The notes below the pieces were generated by a model. The model did not search any database. It was not told where the DNA came from and saw nothing but the letters and a program-made list of their open reading frames with translations. 64,000 bases of DNA from an uncultured Planctomycetota bacterium (GTDB lineage: Bacteria > Planctomycetota > Planctomycetia > Gemmatales > Gemmataceae), in contig CAWKHF010000013.1 in assembly GCA_963849325.1 (NCBI GenBank), forward strand, positions 1-64,000, read 5' to 3'. Every line of letters begins with the position of its first letter. Positions within the stretch are counted from its first letter, which is position 1. A program made the translations under genes and the position numbers. Shown piece by piece: positions 11,522-20,160 of this stretch.

Positions 11522-12133
11522 ATGCAACACAGAATGTGGGCGGCCGCTCTGGGCCTGGTGTTTGGCGTCGCGCTGCCCGCCAGCGCCGAGATCATCAAGG
11601 GCCGCCTGGCCATCCGCGGCGCCGAAATGAGCTGATGAGGCGGGATGGCGTGTGACGCCATCGCACGTCAGTATGACGTGGACGCGGATTCGACGAAGCT
11701 CAATCGGCCCCAAGAACAAAAGGGCGGCTATCAGTTCGGCACCATCGAGTTTGTCGCCAAGAAGGGCAAGTCGATTGACCTGGACAAGATCCACGAGTCG
11801 ATCGCCGCCACGCGCCTGTCGGGCGGCACCAACATGCGCATGGATTACCTGGAAATCACGGCCAAAGGCGAGGTGATCGAGCGGGACAAGCAGCTGGTCT
11901 TGAAGGTGTCCGGCACGGGACAGGAATTCGTGCTGATCGAGGAACCCACGGCGAAGGACGCCCTGAAGCGTCTGCGCGAGGCCGTGGCGCGGGGGGACAA
12001 GGTGTCCACGGTCACGGGCCGCGTTCCCGGCTGGAACGGTCGTTTTCCCGATGTCCTGGCGGCGTGGGCGAAGACCCCCGACAGTCAGAAACGGAAGCTC
12101 GCGGTGGTGGATTTCAAGGTCGAGACGAAGTAA
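11522..12133 (+). CDS. Secreted HMA-like protein with tandem in-frame TGA-TGA (11633-11638); putative UU selenoprotein, 203 aa
   Basis: RBS GGAGAGGAG. The reading MQHRMWAAALGLVFGVALPASA-EIIKGRLAIRGAEMS-U-U-GGMACDAIA is continuous with ORF 11645-12133, and the signal peptide is present only upstream of the TGAs. Confidence 0.7.
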
Positions 12134-12157
12134 AGAACTGTCCCGCAATGACTTCCC

Positions 12158-12224
12158 CGTTTAGCCGCGACGCGCAGCGGAGCGCGGGCAGTGCCCGCGC
12201 TCCGCTGCGCGTCGCGGCTAAACG
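12158..12224. repeat. Perfect palindrome, family A copy 1 (33-bp arms)
   Basis: CGTTTAGCCGCGACGCGCAGCGGAGCGCGGGCA-G-TGCCCGCGCTCCGCTGCGCGTCGCGGCTAAACG. Confidence 0.9.
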
Positions 12225-12261
12225 AAGTTATTGCTGGACGCGTCCAATTAGAAAGACAACG

Positions 12262-12549
12262 ATGAGAGACCAGCTACGCAGCTTGTCCGGCGCTCTGCTC
12301 GCCGTGGCGGGCGCGGCGCCGACCTGAACGACGGCGGGGTTCCTGGCCCTGCTCGGGTTAGCGGGGAGCGCCACGGCCCGACTGGTGACCCACTGGCTTG
12401 CGCCGGTCCTGATCGGCCTGTCGGTGTTGTTCCTGCTGCGCTCGTTTTACATCCTGTACGTGCGGCGGCGCGGCACGCGGGTCAGCGCCGTCATTACCTG
12501 GATTTCGGCGGTCTTCGTTCTCGGCTTCTGGACCTGGCAGCTGATGTAG
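12262..12549 (+). CDS. MerT/MerF-like 3-TM membrane protein with in-frame TGA (12325-12327); putative selenoprotein, 95 aa
   Basis: MRDQLRSLSGALLAVAGAAPT-U-TTAGFLALLGLAGSATARLVTHWLAPVLIGLSVLFLLRSFYILYVRRRGTRVSAVITWISAVFVLGFWTWQLM. U lies at the end of TM1, where MerT/MerF have the Cys pair. Absent as a full-length ORF from the track. Confidence 0.75.
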
Positions 12550-12559
12550 AGGAGTTCCC

Positions 12560-13423
12560 GTGAACGCGCTTCGCATTGTGGGCTGCCTGTTGGCATCGTG
12601 CCTAATCGCCCAGGGATCCGCGCGCGGCCAGGACGCCGCCAAGGAGATCACCAACTCCATCGGGATGAAGCTGGTCCTGATTCCCGCGGGCAAGTTCGTC
12701 ATGGGTTCGCCGGCCGGCGAAGCCGAGCGCGACGCCGGTGAAGATCCGCACGAGGTCGTCCTCACGCGGCCGTTCTACCTCGGCGTCTACCCGGTCACGC
12801 AGGGCCAGTTCCAGAAAGTGATGGGCAAGAACCCGTCGTTCTTCCATCCGAAGAACGGCGGCAGTCTGGACCACCCGGCCGATCAGGTGCGGTGGGGCGA
12901 CGCCCGCGAGTTTTGCACGAAGCTCTCGGCGCTTGCCGAGGAGAAGAAGGCGGGCCGGACCTACCGCCTGCCGTCCGAGGCCGAATGGGAGTACGCCTGC
13001 CGCGCCGGCACCACCACGCCCTTCAACGTCGGCGACGCGCTCTCCTCCAAGCAGGCGAACTTCAACGGCAACTTCCCCTACGGCCGCGCTCCGAAAGGGT
13101 CTTTCTTGCGCCGGACGGTGAAGGTCGGCTCGTACCCGCCGAACGCCTGGGGCCTGTACGACATGCACGGCAACGTCTTGCAGTGGTGCAATGACTGGTA
13201 CGACCCGGATTACTACCAGAAGAGTCCCAGGGAAAATCCGAAGGGGCCGGACAAGGGCGTGGTTGCGACCGGCTTCCGGAGCGATTTCTTCGTGGTGGTC
13301 CGCGGCGGTTGCTGGCTGGACGAAGGTCGGGCCTGCCGTTCGGCCCGCCGTTTTCGGCTGCAGCAGAGTGAGCCTTATCGCTGGACCGGCTTTCGCGTGG
13401 CGTGCGACGTGGCCGGCAAGTGA
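12560..13423 (+). CDS. FGE-sulfatase (SUMF1) domain secreted protein
   Basis: 'NSIGMKLVLIPAGKFVMGS', 'RLPSEAEWEYACRAG', 'NAWGLYDMHGNV', 'GFRV'. RBS overlaps the upstream stop. Confidence 0.9.
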   Translation: MNALRIVGCLLASCLIAQGSARGQDAAKEITNSIGMKLVLIPAGKFVMGSPAGEAERDAGEDPHEVVLTRPFYLGVYPVTQGQFQKVMGKNPSFFHPKNGGSLDHPADQVRWGDAREFCTKLSALAEEKKAGRTYRLPSEAEWEYACRAGTTTPFNVGDALSSKQANFNGNFPYGRAPKGSFLRRTVKVGSYPPNAWGLYDMHGNVLQWCNDWYDPDYYQKSPRENPKGPDKGVVATGFRSDFFVVVRGGCWLDEGRACRSARRFRLQQSEPYRWTGFRVACDVAGK

Positions 13424-13444
13424 CAATCCGGCACATACCAGGAG

Positions 13445-13551
13445 AACCACGGATAACACGGATAAGAAAAGCAGAGAAAGCCGTATCCAGCCGGCACACC
13501 CTTGTTTCATCGGTATCATTAATATCCGCGTTATCCGTGTTATCCGTGGTT
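13445..13551. repeat. Inverted 9-mer tandem element, family B copy 1
   Basis: AACCACGGATAACACGGATAA ... TTATCCGTGTTATCCGTGGTT. Confidence 0.85.
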
Positions 13552-13573
13552 GAAGACCTTTGAGGGCGGTCCC

Positions 13574-13888
13574 ATGAAAAACGAGCTTCGCAGTGTGTCG
13601 GCCGCGATCATGAGCGTGCTTGCCGCGCTGCCGTGGTGAGCCATCACCTGAATGGTCCTTAATGGGACTTCAGCCCTGCTCGGGTTAGCGGGGAGCGTCA
13701 CAGCAACCGCCGTCAGCGGCTGGATTGCCCCAGTCCTGGTATGCGCTTCGATCGTCCTGATTGGACGGTCGTTCTACGTCATTTACGTGCGCGGCATTCG
13801 CACGCGAGCGACCGTCGTAATTGCATGGTCCGCTCTGGTGTTCATCATCGGCTTCTGGACGTGGCAGCTGACGATGGGCAGAGGGTGA
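13574..13888 (+). CDS. Second MerT/MerF-like membrane protein with two in-frame TGAs (13637, 13649; UxxxU)
   Basis: MKNELRSVSAAIMSVLAALPW-U-AIT-U-MVLNGTSALLGLAGS... is in frame with ORF 13652-13888. It is a clear paralog of 12262-12549 on both sides of the TGAs. Confidence 0.75.
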
Positions 13889-13918
13889 CCGCTTCCGCGT
13901 GGGTTTACGAGGTATTCT

Positions 13919-14302
13919 ATGTTCGGGCGAACGGGCGTGGCGTGGGTGCTGGCGGCCTCGGCGTTCTGGCTGTCCGCTTGCGGTCGGGTACACAAGCCGG
14001 AGAAGAGCTTACCGGCGGAGACGAAGGCGGAGTCTCCCGCCGCTGTGCAGCGGATCACGTTGCACGTGCCGGGCATGATCGACCGCCAGGGCATCACCTG
14101 ACTTACCTGAAAGAACGTCGTTCAAGAAGCCCTGTTAGGGCTTCCAGGCATCGAGAAGGTCGACGTCGATCTGAAAAAAGACCTGCTCCACGTTCGTTAC
14201 GATCCGGCCAAGGTGACACCAGAGCAGATGCTCCAGGAGATTGACAAGCTCGGGTACGAAGGGAAGATCCTTGCGGACGGCGACACCGCGTCCAAGCCTT
14301 GA
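13919..14302 (+). CDS. MerP/CopZ-like HMA lipoprotein with UxxU (TGA 14099, 14108), 127 aa
   Basis: Lipobox 'LSAC'. ITLHVPGM...GIT-U-LT-U-KNVVQEALLGLPGIEKVDVDLKKDLLHVRYDPAKVTPEQMLQEIDKLGYEG is a full HMA pattern only if both TGAs are read through. Confidence 0.85.
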
Positions 14303-14337
14303 GCGGTTCTCCCGCGACCAAGAGGGAGGTTTCGCCG

Positions 14338-14649
14338 ATGCGTGTACTGTTTCGATCCATCCTGGGAATGTTTATGGCCGACCGAGGTCCATCGGACAGC
14401 CCGCCGTCCCCCGCGGATGTGGTCGCCCACGTTCCGGGCCTGACCTGACCGCGCGGCTGACCGGATCGGGTGCGGAAAGCACTCGGTACTCTACCGTGGG
14501 TAGAGCAAGGCACGATTCAGATGAACTTCAAGGCCCGCGAGCTGAGGTTTTGCCTGAAAGACAAGAGCCAATGCGACGACGAGGCGCTCAAGAAGGCGCT
14601 CAAGGCCGAGGGGTTTCCGGACGTCCAGGTCCAAACCGGGCCGTCGTGA
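14338..14649 (+). CDS. HMA-domain protein with UxxxU (TGA 14446, 14458), 103 aa
   Basis: RBS GGGAGG. ...VVAHVPGLT-U-PRG-U-PDRVRKALGTLPWVEQGTIQMNFKARELRFCLKDKSQCDDEALKKALKAEGF. Absent from the ORF track. Confidence 0.8.
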
Positions 14650-14694
14650 CCACGTGGGGCCACGGTCCCGATACCGTAATCAAGGAGAGCATTG

Positions 14695-16077
14695 ATGTCC
14701 GCAATCCGCAGCGGCGCTTCCGTTGCACTCGGGCCGCAAGAACTGGGTCCGCCCGTGAACGTGGCGGAAGCCCCGGCCGCGACGCTCCGGGAGATCGTTC
14801 GCCGGCACGGGACGCCGACTTATGCCTACGATTTGCAGCGCATCCGCACGCAGGTGGACCGGCTGCGCGAATCCCTTCCGCGGCAGGTGGAGCTGTTCTA
14901 TTCGCTCAAGGCCAACCCCTCTTTAGGACTCTGCGGCTTCCTGGCGGACTGCGGCCTGGGAGCGGACGTCGCCTCGGCGGCCGAATTGGTGACGGCCCGC
15001 GAAGCGGGATTTGCCGCGCAGCGTCTCCTGGTGACCGGACCGGATCGTTCGTCCGCCTTGCTGGCCGAGCTGCGTTCCGTCCCCGAGGCGATCCTGTCCA
15101 TTGATTCGCTCAGCGAATTGCAGCAACTCGCCGGCCTGGGGCTGTCCCACCGCGCGCTGCTGCGTCTGCGGCCAGACTTCCCTTGCCAGGCGGTCTGCAC
15201 GGCCGGCCCGGACTCTCGTTTCGGCCTCCTTTTCGACGAGCTGGAACGCTGCCGGGAACACATCGGCCCCGGCGGCATCCGCGTCATCGGCTTCCATATC
15301 TTCGCGGGCTCGCAGGTGCTCGATGCCGCCGCCGTGGTCCAGCACCTGCGCGGCGCCCTGGACGAGTCGCTCCGCGCCGCCGAAGTGCTCGGCCTGGCTC
15401 CGGAGGTCATCGACCTGGGCGGCGGCTTCGGCGTCCCCTACGCGCCGGGAGAGCCTGAGCTGGATCTGGACCCCATCCGCGCAGCGCTGCACGCCATCGT
15501 CCAGGGGGCGCCGCAGAGCCGTATCTTCATGGAGCTGGGCCGGTACTTGGTGGCGCAGTCCGGCTGGTATCTGACCTCGGTGCTTGCGCTGCAACGGCAG
15601 GCCGGCCGCAAGGCGGTCGTGGTGGACGGCGGCACTCACCAACGAGGCGACATGTGCGGCATCGGTCTGCGCCACAAGGCGACCCCGGTATCTCTCGCGG
15701 ATCGGCCCGGTCCCGTCAGCCCGACGGATGTTCTCGGCTGCCTGAGCCATCCGGGGGACGTGTTGGCCGAGGCTTATCCGCTGCCGCCGCTGGCACCGGG
15801 CGACGTCGTGGCCTTTCCCAACGCCGGGGCTTACGGGCTGTGCGCCTCTCCCTGGTCCTTCAACGGACATCCCATCGCCGCCGAGGTGGTTTTCGATGGG
15901 GAGCGAATCGAAACCATCCGTTCGCGCCCGCCGACCCGTGCCGTCCTGGAGGGTCAGGTCCGCCTTCGCCCGGCGGAACCTTCGATCGCAAACGGCGAAG
16001 CGGCGCTGGAGCATTATACCGAGCTGAAAACCGTGACTGTTCAGCTGAGCCATACCGCCGCCGCACCCAAGGGTTGA
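14695..16077 (+). CDS. PLP-dependent fold-type III decarboxylase (LysA/ODC family)
   Basis: 'HGTPTYAYD', 'YSLKANP', 'DVASAAE', 'SRFG', 'GFHIFAGSQ', 'DLGGGFG', 'ELGRYLV', 'AGAYG'. Confidence 0.88.
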   Translation: MSAIRSGASVALGPQELGPPVNVAEAPAATLREIVRRHGTPTYAYDLQRIRTQVDRLRESLPRQVELFYSLKANPSLGLCGFLADCGLGADVASAAELVTAREAGFAAQRLLVTGPDRSSALLAELRSVPEAILSIDSLSELQQLAGLGLSHRALLRLRPDFPCQAVCTAGPDSRFGLLFDELERCREHIGPGGIRVIGFHIFAGSQVLDAAAVVQHLRGALDESLRAAEVLGLAPEVIDLGGGFGVPYAPGEPELDLDPIRAALHAIVQGAPQSRIFMELGRYLVAQSGWYLTSVLALQRQAGRKAVVVDGGTHQRGDMCGIGLRHKATPVSLADRPGPVSPTDVLGCLSHPGDVLAEAYPLPPLAPGDVVAFPNAGAYGLCASPWSFNGHPIAAEVVFDGERIETIRSRPPTRAVLEGQVRLRPAEPSIANGEAALEHYTELKTVTVQLSHTAAAPKG

Positions 16078-16107
16078 CGTTAAGGAGCCGTCCAACAACA
16101 AGTTCCC

Positions 16108-16172
16108 CGTTTAGCCGCGACGCGCAGCGGAGCGCGTCGGCCCCGCGCTCCGCTGCGCGTCGCGGCTAAACG
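16108..16172. repeat. Palindrome family A copy 2
   Basis: CGTTTAGCCGCGACGCGCAGCGGAGCGCG ... CGCGCTCCGCTGCGCGTCGCGGCTAAACG between convergent genes. Confidence 0.9.
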
Positions 16173-16201
16173 AAGTTATTTGTGGACGCGCCCTTATCCT
16201 C

Positions 16202-17329
16202 TCAGCCCAGGAGCTTTTCCAGCTGCGGATAAGCCAGCTGGCCGCTCCACTCATGGCCGCCCTCGAAGCGATCAACGAGCAGCCGATCCTTGGCGTCCAG
16301 CGCCGCATAGACGCGGCGCATGCGCGTCAGGGCGTCGTCCGCCCGGCGCGGCTCGATCAGTCCATCGCGCGAGCCGACCTCCCAGACCGCCGGCCGCGGC
16401 GCAATCAGTCCGCCAATCTCCGGCACGTCGCCATACTGGAGCAGGCCGGGGATGACCTGGGCGCCGCAGCTATAAGGCCCGGCGATGCGTTCCTGCATGA
16501 CGTTGAGGGCGCCGGAAACAACGGCGATACGGATGCGCGGCTCCAGGGCGGCGGTGAGCATGGCCATGCGTCCGCCGTAGGACAGGCCGACGCAGCCGAG
16601 ACGCTCGGCGTCTACGCGCGGGTGCCGGGCGAGCAGTTCCAGCGTCCACAGGCAATCGCGGAGGTTCTCGGCGATCAGCAGTTTGCCTAGCAGTTGCAAG
16701 CGGATGAAGGTGATGGCGCACGCATCCTGCTTGCCGTAGGCGTCGCGCGGACCCAGGCGATCGCCGAACGGCGTCAGACACGGCACCGCCACGACGTAGC
16801 CGCGACGGACCAGCTGCCGGCCGTAATCGTACTGGCAGTTCCGGATCGCCTGGGCGACGCCCGGCAGATCGTCGCGGCCGGCGACCGGGTGATGGCCGAA
16901 GGGTCCGTGTCCGTGGATCGCCAGCACGCCGGGACGCGGCTTGTCGGACTGGCCGCGCGGCAGCAACAGGTACAGCGGCAGCGACGGATGTCCCTCGCAC
17001 TCCAACCGCAACTGCTCGCGGCGATGGTCGTCCAGATCGACGGATTGCCGGACCACCGTTTTCCACTTCGCCGGCGGCGCATGGGGACCGAGCAGGGAGC
17101 GCAGCTTGGCGGCGAACTCGGCTTGCCACTTGTGGCCGTCCTCGGCCGTGCGGCCACGAAACTTCATCGCCAGTGGCGCCTTGTCCGCTTGCTGGCGAAT
17201 CCATTCGTCGGTGTCGCCGCGGCGAGGACTTTCCGCGGCATTCCCACGTGGAAGTGACGGCGCCGCCAGCACGGCGGACGCCCCCAACAGAAAGCGACGA
17301 CGGGAACGGTTCGTGTTGCGCTGGGCCAT
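16202..17329 (-). CDS. Tat-exported alpha/beta hydrolase
   Basis: 'SRRRFL' signal, 'HGHG', nucleophile elbow 'GLSYGG', 'GGHEW'. Confidence 0.85.
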   Translation of the reverse strand: MAQRNTNRSRRRFLLGASAVLAAPSLPRGNAAESPRRGDTDEWIRQQADKAPLAMKFRGRTAEDGHKWQAEFAAKLRSLLGPHAPPAKWKTVVRQSVDLDDHRREQLRLECEGHPSLPLYLLLPRGQSDKPRPGVLAIHGHGPFGHHPVAGRDDLPGVAQAIRNCQYDYGRQLVRRGYVVAVPCLTPFGDRLGPRDAYGKQDACAITFIRLQLLGKLLIAENLRDCLWTLELLARHPRVDAERLGCVGLSYGGRMAMLTAALEPRIRIAVVSGALNVMQERIAGPYSCGAQVIPGLLQYGDVPEIGGLIAPRPAVWEVGSRDGLIEPRRADDALTRMRRVYAALDAKDRLLVDRFEGGHEWSGQLAYPQLEKLLG

Positions 17330-17464
17330 GATTTCCTTCTCCGGGTGTTTCGCTTGCAACCGATTGTACACCGGCGAGCCGGCGGCGTCCGCCGGCCGCC
17401 TGTGTTGACGCCGCCCGAAGCCGCCCCTATCCTCTCTCCATCCCTTCCCGGATGGAGAGAGCCG

Positions 17465-19790
17465 GTGAACCTCCCCCGTCTATTGCTGCGAAGGCTGCTC
17501 GGCCTACGCTTGCCGTTTACGCAAGGCACTCTCCGCGTGCCGGGCCTGCAATCCCCTGTTCGTATCCACCGCGACCGCTGGGGCATTCCGCACATCGAGG
17601 CAGACAACGAGCGCGACGCCTATTTCGGCATCGGCTTCTGCCACGCCCAGGATCGCACCTTTCAGCTTGAACTCCTGCTGCGCGTCGTCCGCGGCACCCT
17701 GAGCGAGCTGGTCGGCGCCGAGGCTCTGCCGATCGATCGGCTGTCGCGGCGGATCGGCTTTCACCACGCCGCCCGCGAACAATGGCCGGTGCTCAACGCC
17801 GAGGTGCGGGGCATGCTCGACGCCTATGCGCGCGGCGTCTGCGCCGGCGCGACGCACGGCCTGCCGCGACGGCCACACGAGTTCGCCCTGCTGCGCTCGG
17901 CGCCGACGCCGTGGACGGCGCTGGACAGCCTCGGCGGCGTCAAGTTGATCTCGTTCACCCTGGCCAGCAACTGGGACATCGAGCTGGCCCGGCTGCGCGT
18001 GCTGCTCGAAGACGGACCCGAGGCACTGACGGCCCTCGATCCGGCCTATCCGCCGTGGCTGCCGGTGACGGCGCCGCCAGGGCGACAGGCCGGGCCGATG
18101 CTGGATCGTCTGGCTGAGGAGCTGAAGGCGTTCACCGCCGTCATGCGCCACCGGCGGCTCGAACAACTGGGCCGTCGCCGCCAGCCGCACCGCCACCGGC
18201 CGGCCGCTCCTGGCCAACGATCCGCACCTCGACGCGCGTTTGCCGCCGCACTGGTATCTGATCCACGCTCGCACACCGCAATGGTCGATGGCCGGAGCGA
18301 CCTTCCTCGGCGGTCCCGCCGTGCAGTGCGGCCACAACGGCTTCGCCGCCTGGGGCGTGACGGCCGGACTCATCGACAACACCGACCTGTTCCGCGAACA
18401 GATCGGCCCGGACGGCCGCAGCGTGCGCCAGGGTGACAGTTTCGTACCCTGCCCGGTGCGCGAGGAGGTCATCGCTGTGCGGGGCGCAGCCCGCGTCACC
18501 GAGCGCGTGCTGGTTACGCCGCGCGGCCCCATCGTCAGCCCGGCCCTGCGCGGCTGTGCCGAAGCGTTGTCGCTGCGAGCAGTGTGGCTCGATCCGCGGC
18601 CGCTGGACGGCCTGCTGCACTTGCATCGCGTCCGCAGCTTCGACGAGTTTCGCCGGGCCGCCGTGTACTGGCCGGCCGCGTCGCAAAACATGGTCTATGC
18701 CGACCAATCCGGCGCCATCGGCTGGCAGATGTTCGGCCAGGCGCCGAAGCGTCGCCGAGGCTGGGGACTGGTCCCGGCACCCGGTTGGGAACCGGACGCC
18801 GGCTGGGAGTCGGATCTGGTGCCGGCCGAGCAGCTGCCGCACGTCCAGGATCCGGCCGAGGGCTTCGTGGCCACGGCCAACAATCAACCGCTGCCCGATG
18901 GCGTCGGTCCCTTCCTCGGCGTGGACTGGCTCGATGGCTACCGCGTCGCCGCCATCGCCCGCGAACTGAGCGCCCGCGCCGATTGGGACGTGCCGCGCAC
19001 GCTGGCCTTGCAGATGGACCAGCACACCGTCGCCTGGGACGACCTGCGCGACGCCGTGCTGTCCGCTCCCGCCGGCGATGCCGACGCCCGGCAAGCCCTG
19101 GAGTTGCTGCGCCGCTGGGATGGCCGGGTGTCCGTCGATTCGCCGGCCGCGACCATGTATGAGTTGTTTCTGTCGGAGATGGAAGGCCGGGCGGCGCGGG
19201 CGAAGGCGCCGCGCACGTTCGCCACCGTCCTCGGCGAGCCGCTGGGTCCGATCACGCCGTACAACTTCCTCTGCTACCGCCGTACCGGCCATCTGGCCCG
19301 GCTGTTGCGCGAGCAGCCCGCCGGCTGGTTCCAACGTCCCTGGCCGGACGAAATCGCCGACGCGCTGTCCGCCGTGGTGCGCCGACTGCGGACGAAGCAC
19401 GGGACCGACCCGGCCCGCTGGGCTTTCGGTCGGCTGCGGAAGCTCATTCTGCGTCACCCGCTCGGCCGCGTCCGCTGGCTGGCGCCGATCTTCAATCGCG
19501 GGCCGATCCCCTATGGCGGCGATGCCGACACCATTAACCAGGGAGCCGTGCTGCCGCTCGATCCGCTGGCGGCGGTGGACACCATCGCCTCGCTGCGCAC
19601 CGTCCTCGATGTGGGCGCCTGGCACAACAGCCGTTTTTCCCTGCCCGGCGGCCAGTCCGGCAATCCGTTGTCTCCGCACTATGACGATCTGTTCCCTTTG
19701 TGGAAGCGAGGCGAGGGTGTGCCGATCGCCTGGACCGAGGAAGAGGTTCGCCAGGCGGCGGTTCGGACGCTCGAACTGACCCCGATTTAG
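17465..19790 (+). CDS. Penicillin acylase family Ntn-hydrolase, frameshift near 18145
   Basis: 'RDRWGIPHI', 'HAQDR', 'GGSNNWAV' and 'LANDPHL' in the shifted frame, 'GGQSGNPLSPHYDD'. Confidence 0.88.
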
Positions 19791-19839
19791 ACAGAGGAAT
19801 CGAGGACGTATTGCAGTCGTCGCGGAGTTCGCGGATGGC

Positions 19840-20160
19840 GGGCGTATCGACAGCTCCGCGAGGCCGCCGCCGAGTTGAGCAAGCAGCGACAGCGCGTCGC
19901 CGACCGTCTGGCGAAGAAAACGCAGAAACAGTTCGCGGACCTCGGCATGGTTGGGGCCAAGCTGGAGGCGGTGCTGGAGACAAATCCGCTGGGGGACGAT
20001 CCGGCCCAATCCGACGTTCCCTCCCGGGGGCGCCGATCAGTTGGAGCTGACGCTGGCGGCCAACCCCGGCGAACCGGCCTTGCCGCTGCGCAAGGTGGCG
20101 TCCGGCGGCGAGCTATCGCGCACCATGCTCGCCCTCAAGACCGTGCTCGCCGGACACGAT
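19840..20160 (+). pseudogene. recN: Internal/C-terminal fragment of DNA repair ATPase RecN
   Basis: '[25 protein letters not shown]', then after a frameshift '[40 protein letters not shown]'. No N-terminal Walker A and no DEID Walker B. Confidence 0.75.

Noticed and set aside
12560-13423. Selenoneine/ergothioneine synthase (SenA/EgtB) call for the FGE-domain gene
   Set aside because: It lacks the N-terminal DinB-like iron-binding domain and has a signal peptide. It looks like the common planctomycete stand-alone FGE-domain type.
9310-14649. Alternative genetic code (UGA = Trp or Gly) as the explanation for in-frame TGAs
   Set aside because: TGA ends many ordinary genes in the window (e.g. 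1373, 7259, 11493, 23407), Trp is encoded by TGG, and the in-frame TGAs sit only at Cys-type positions.
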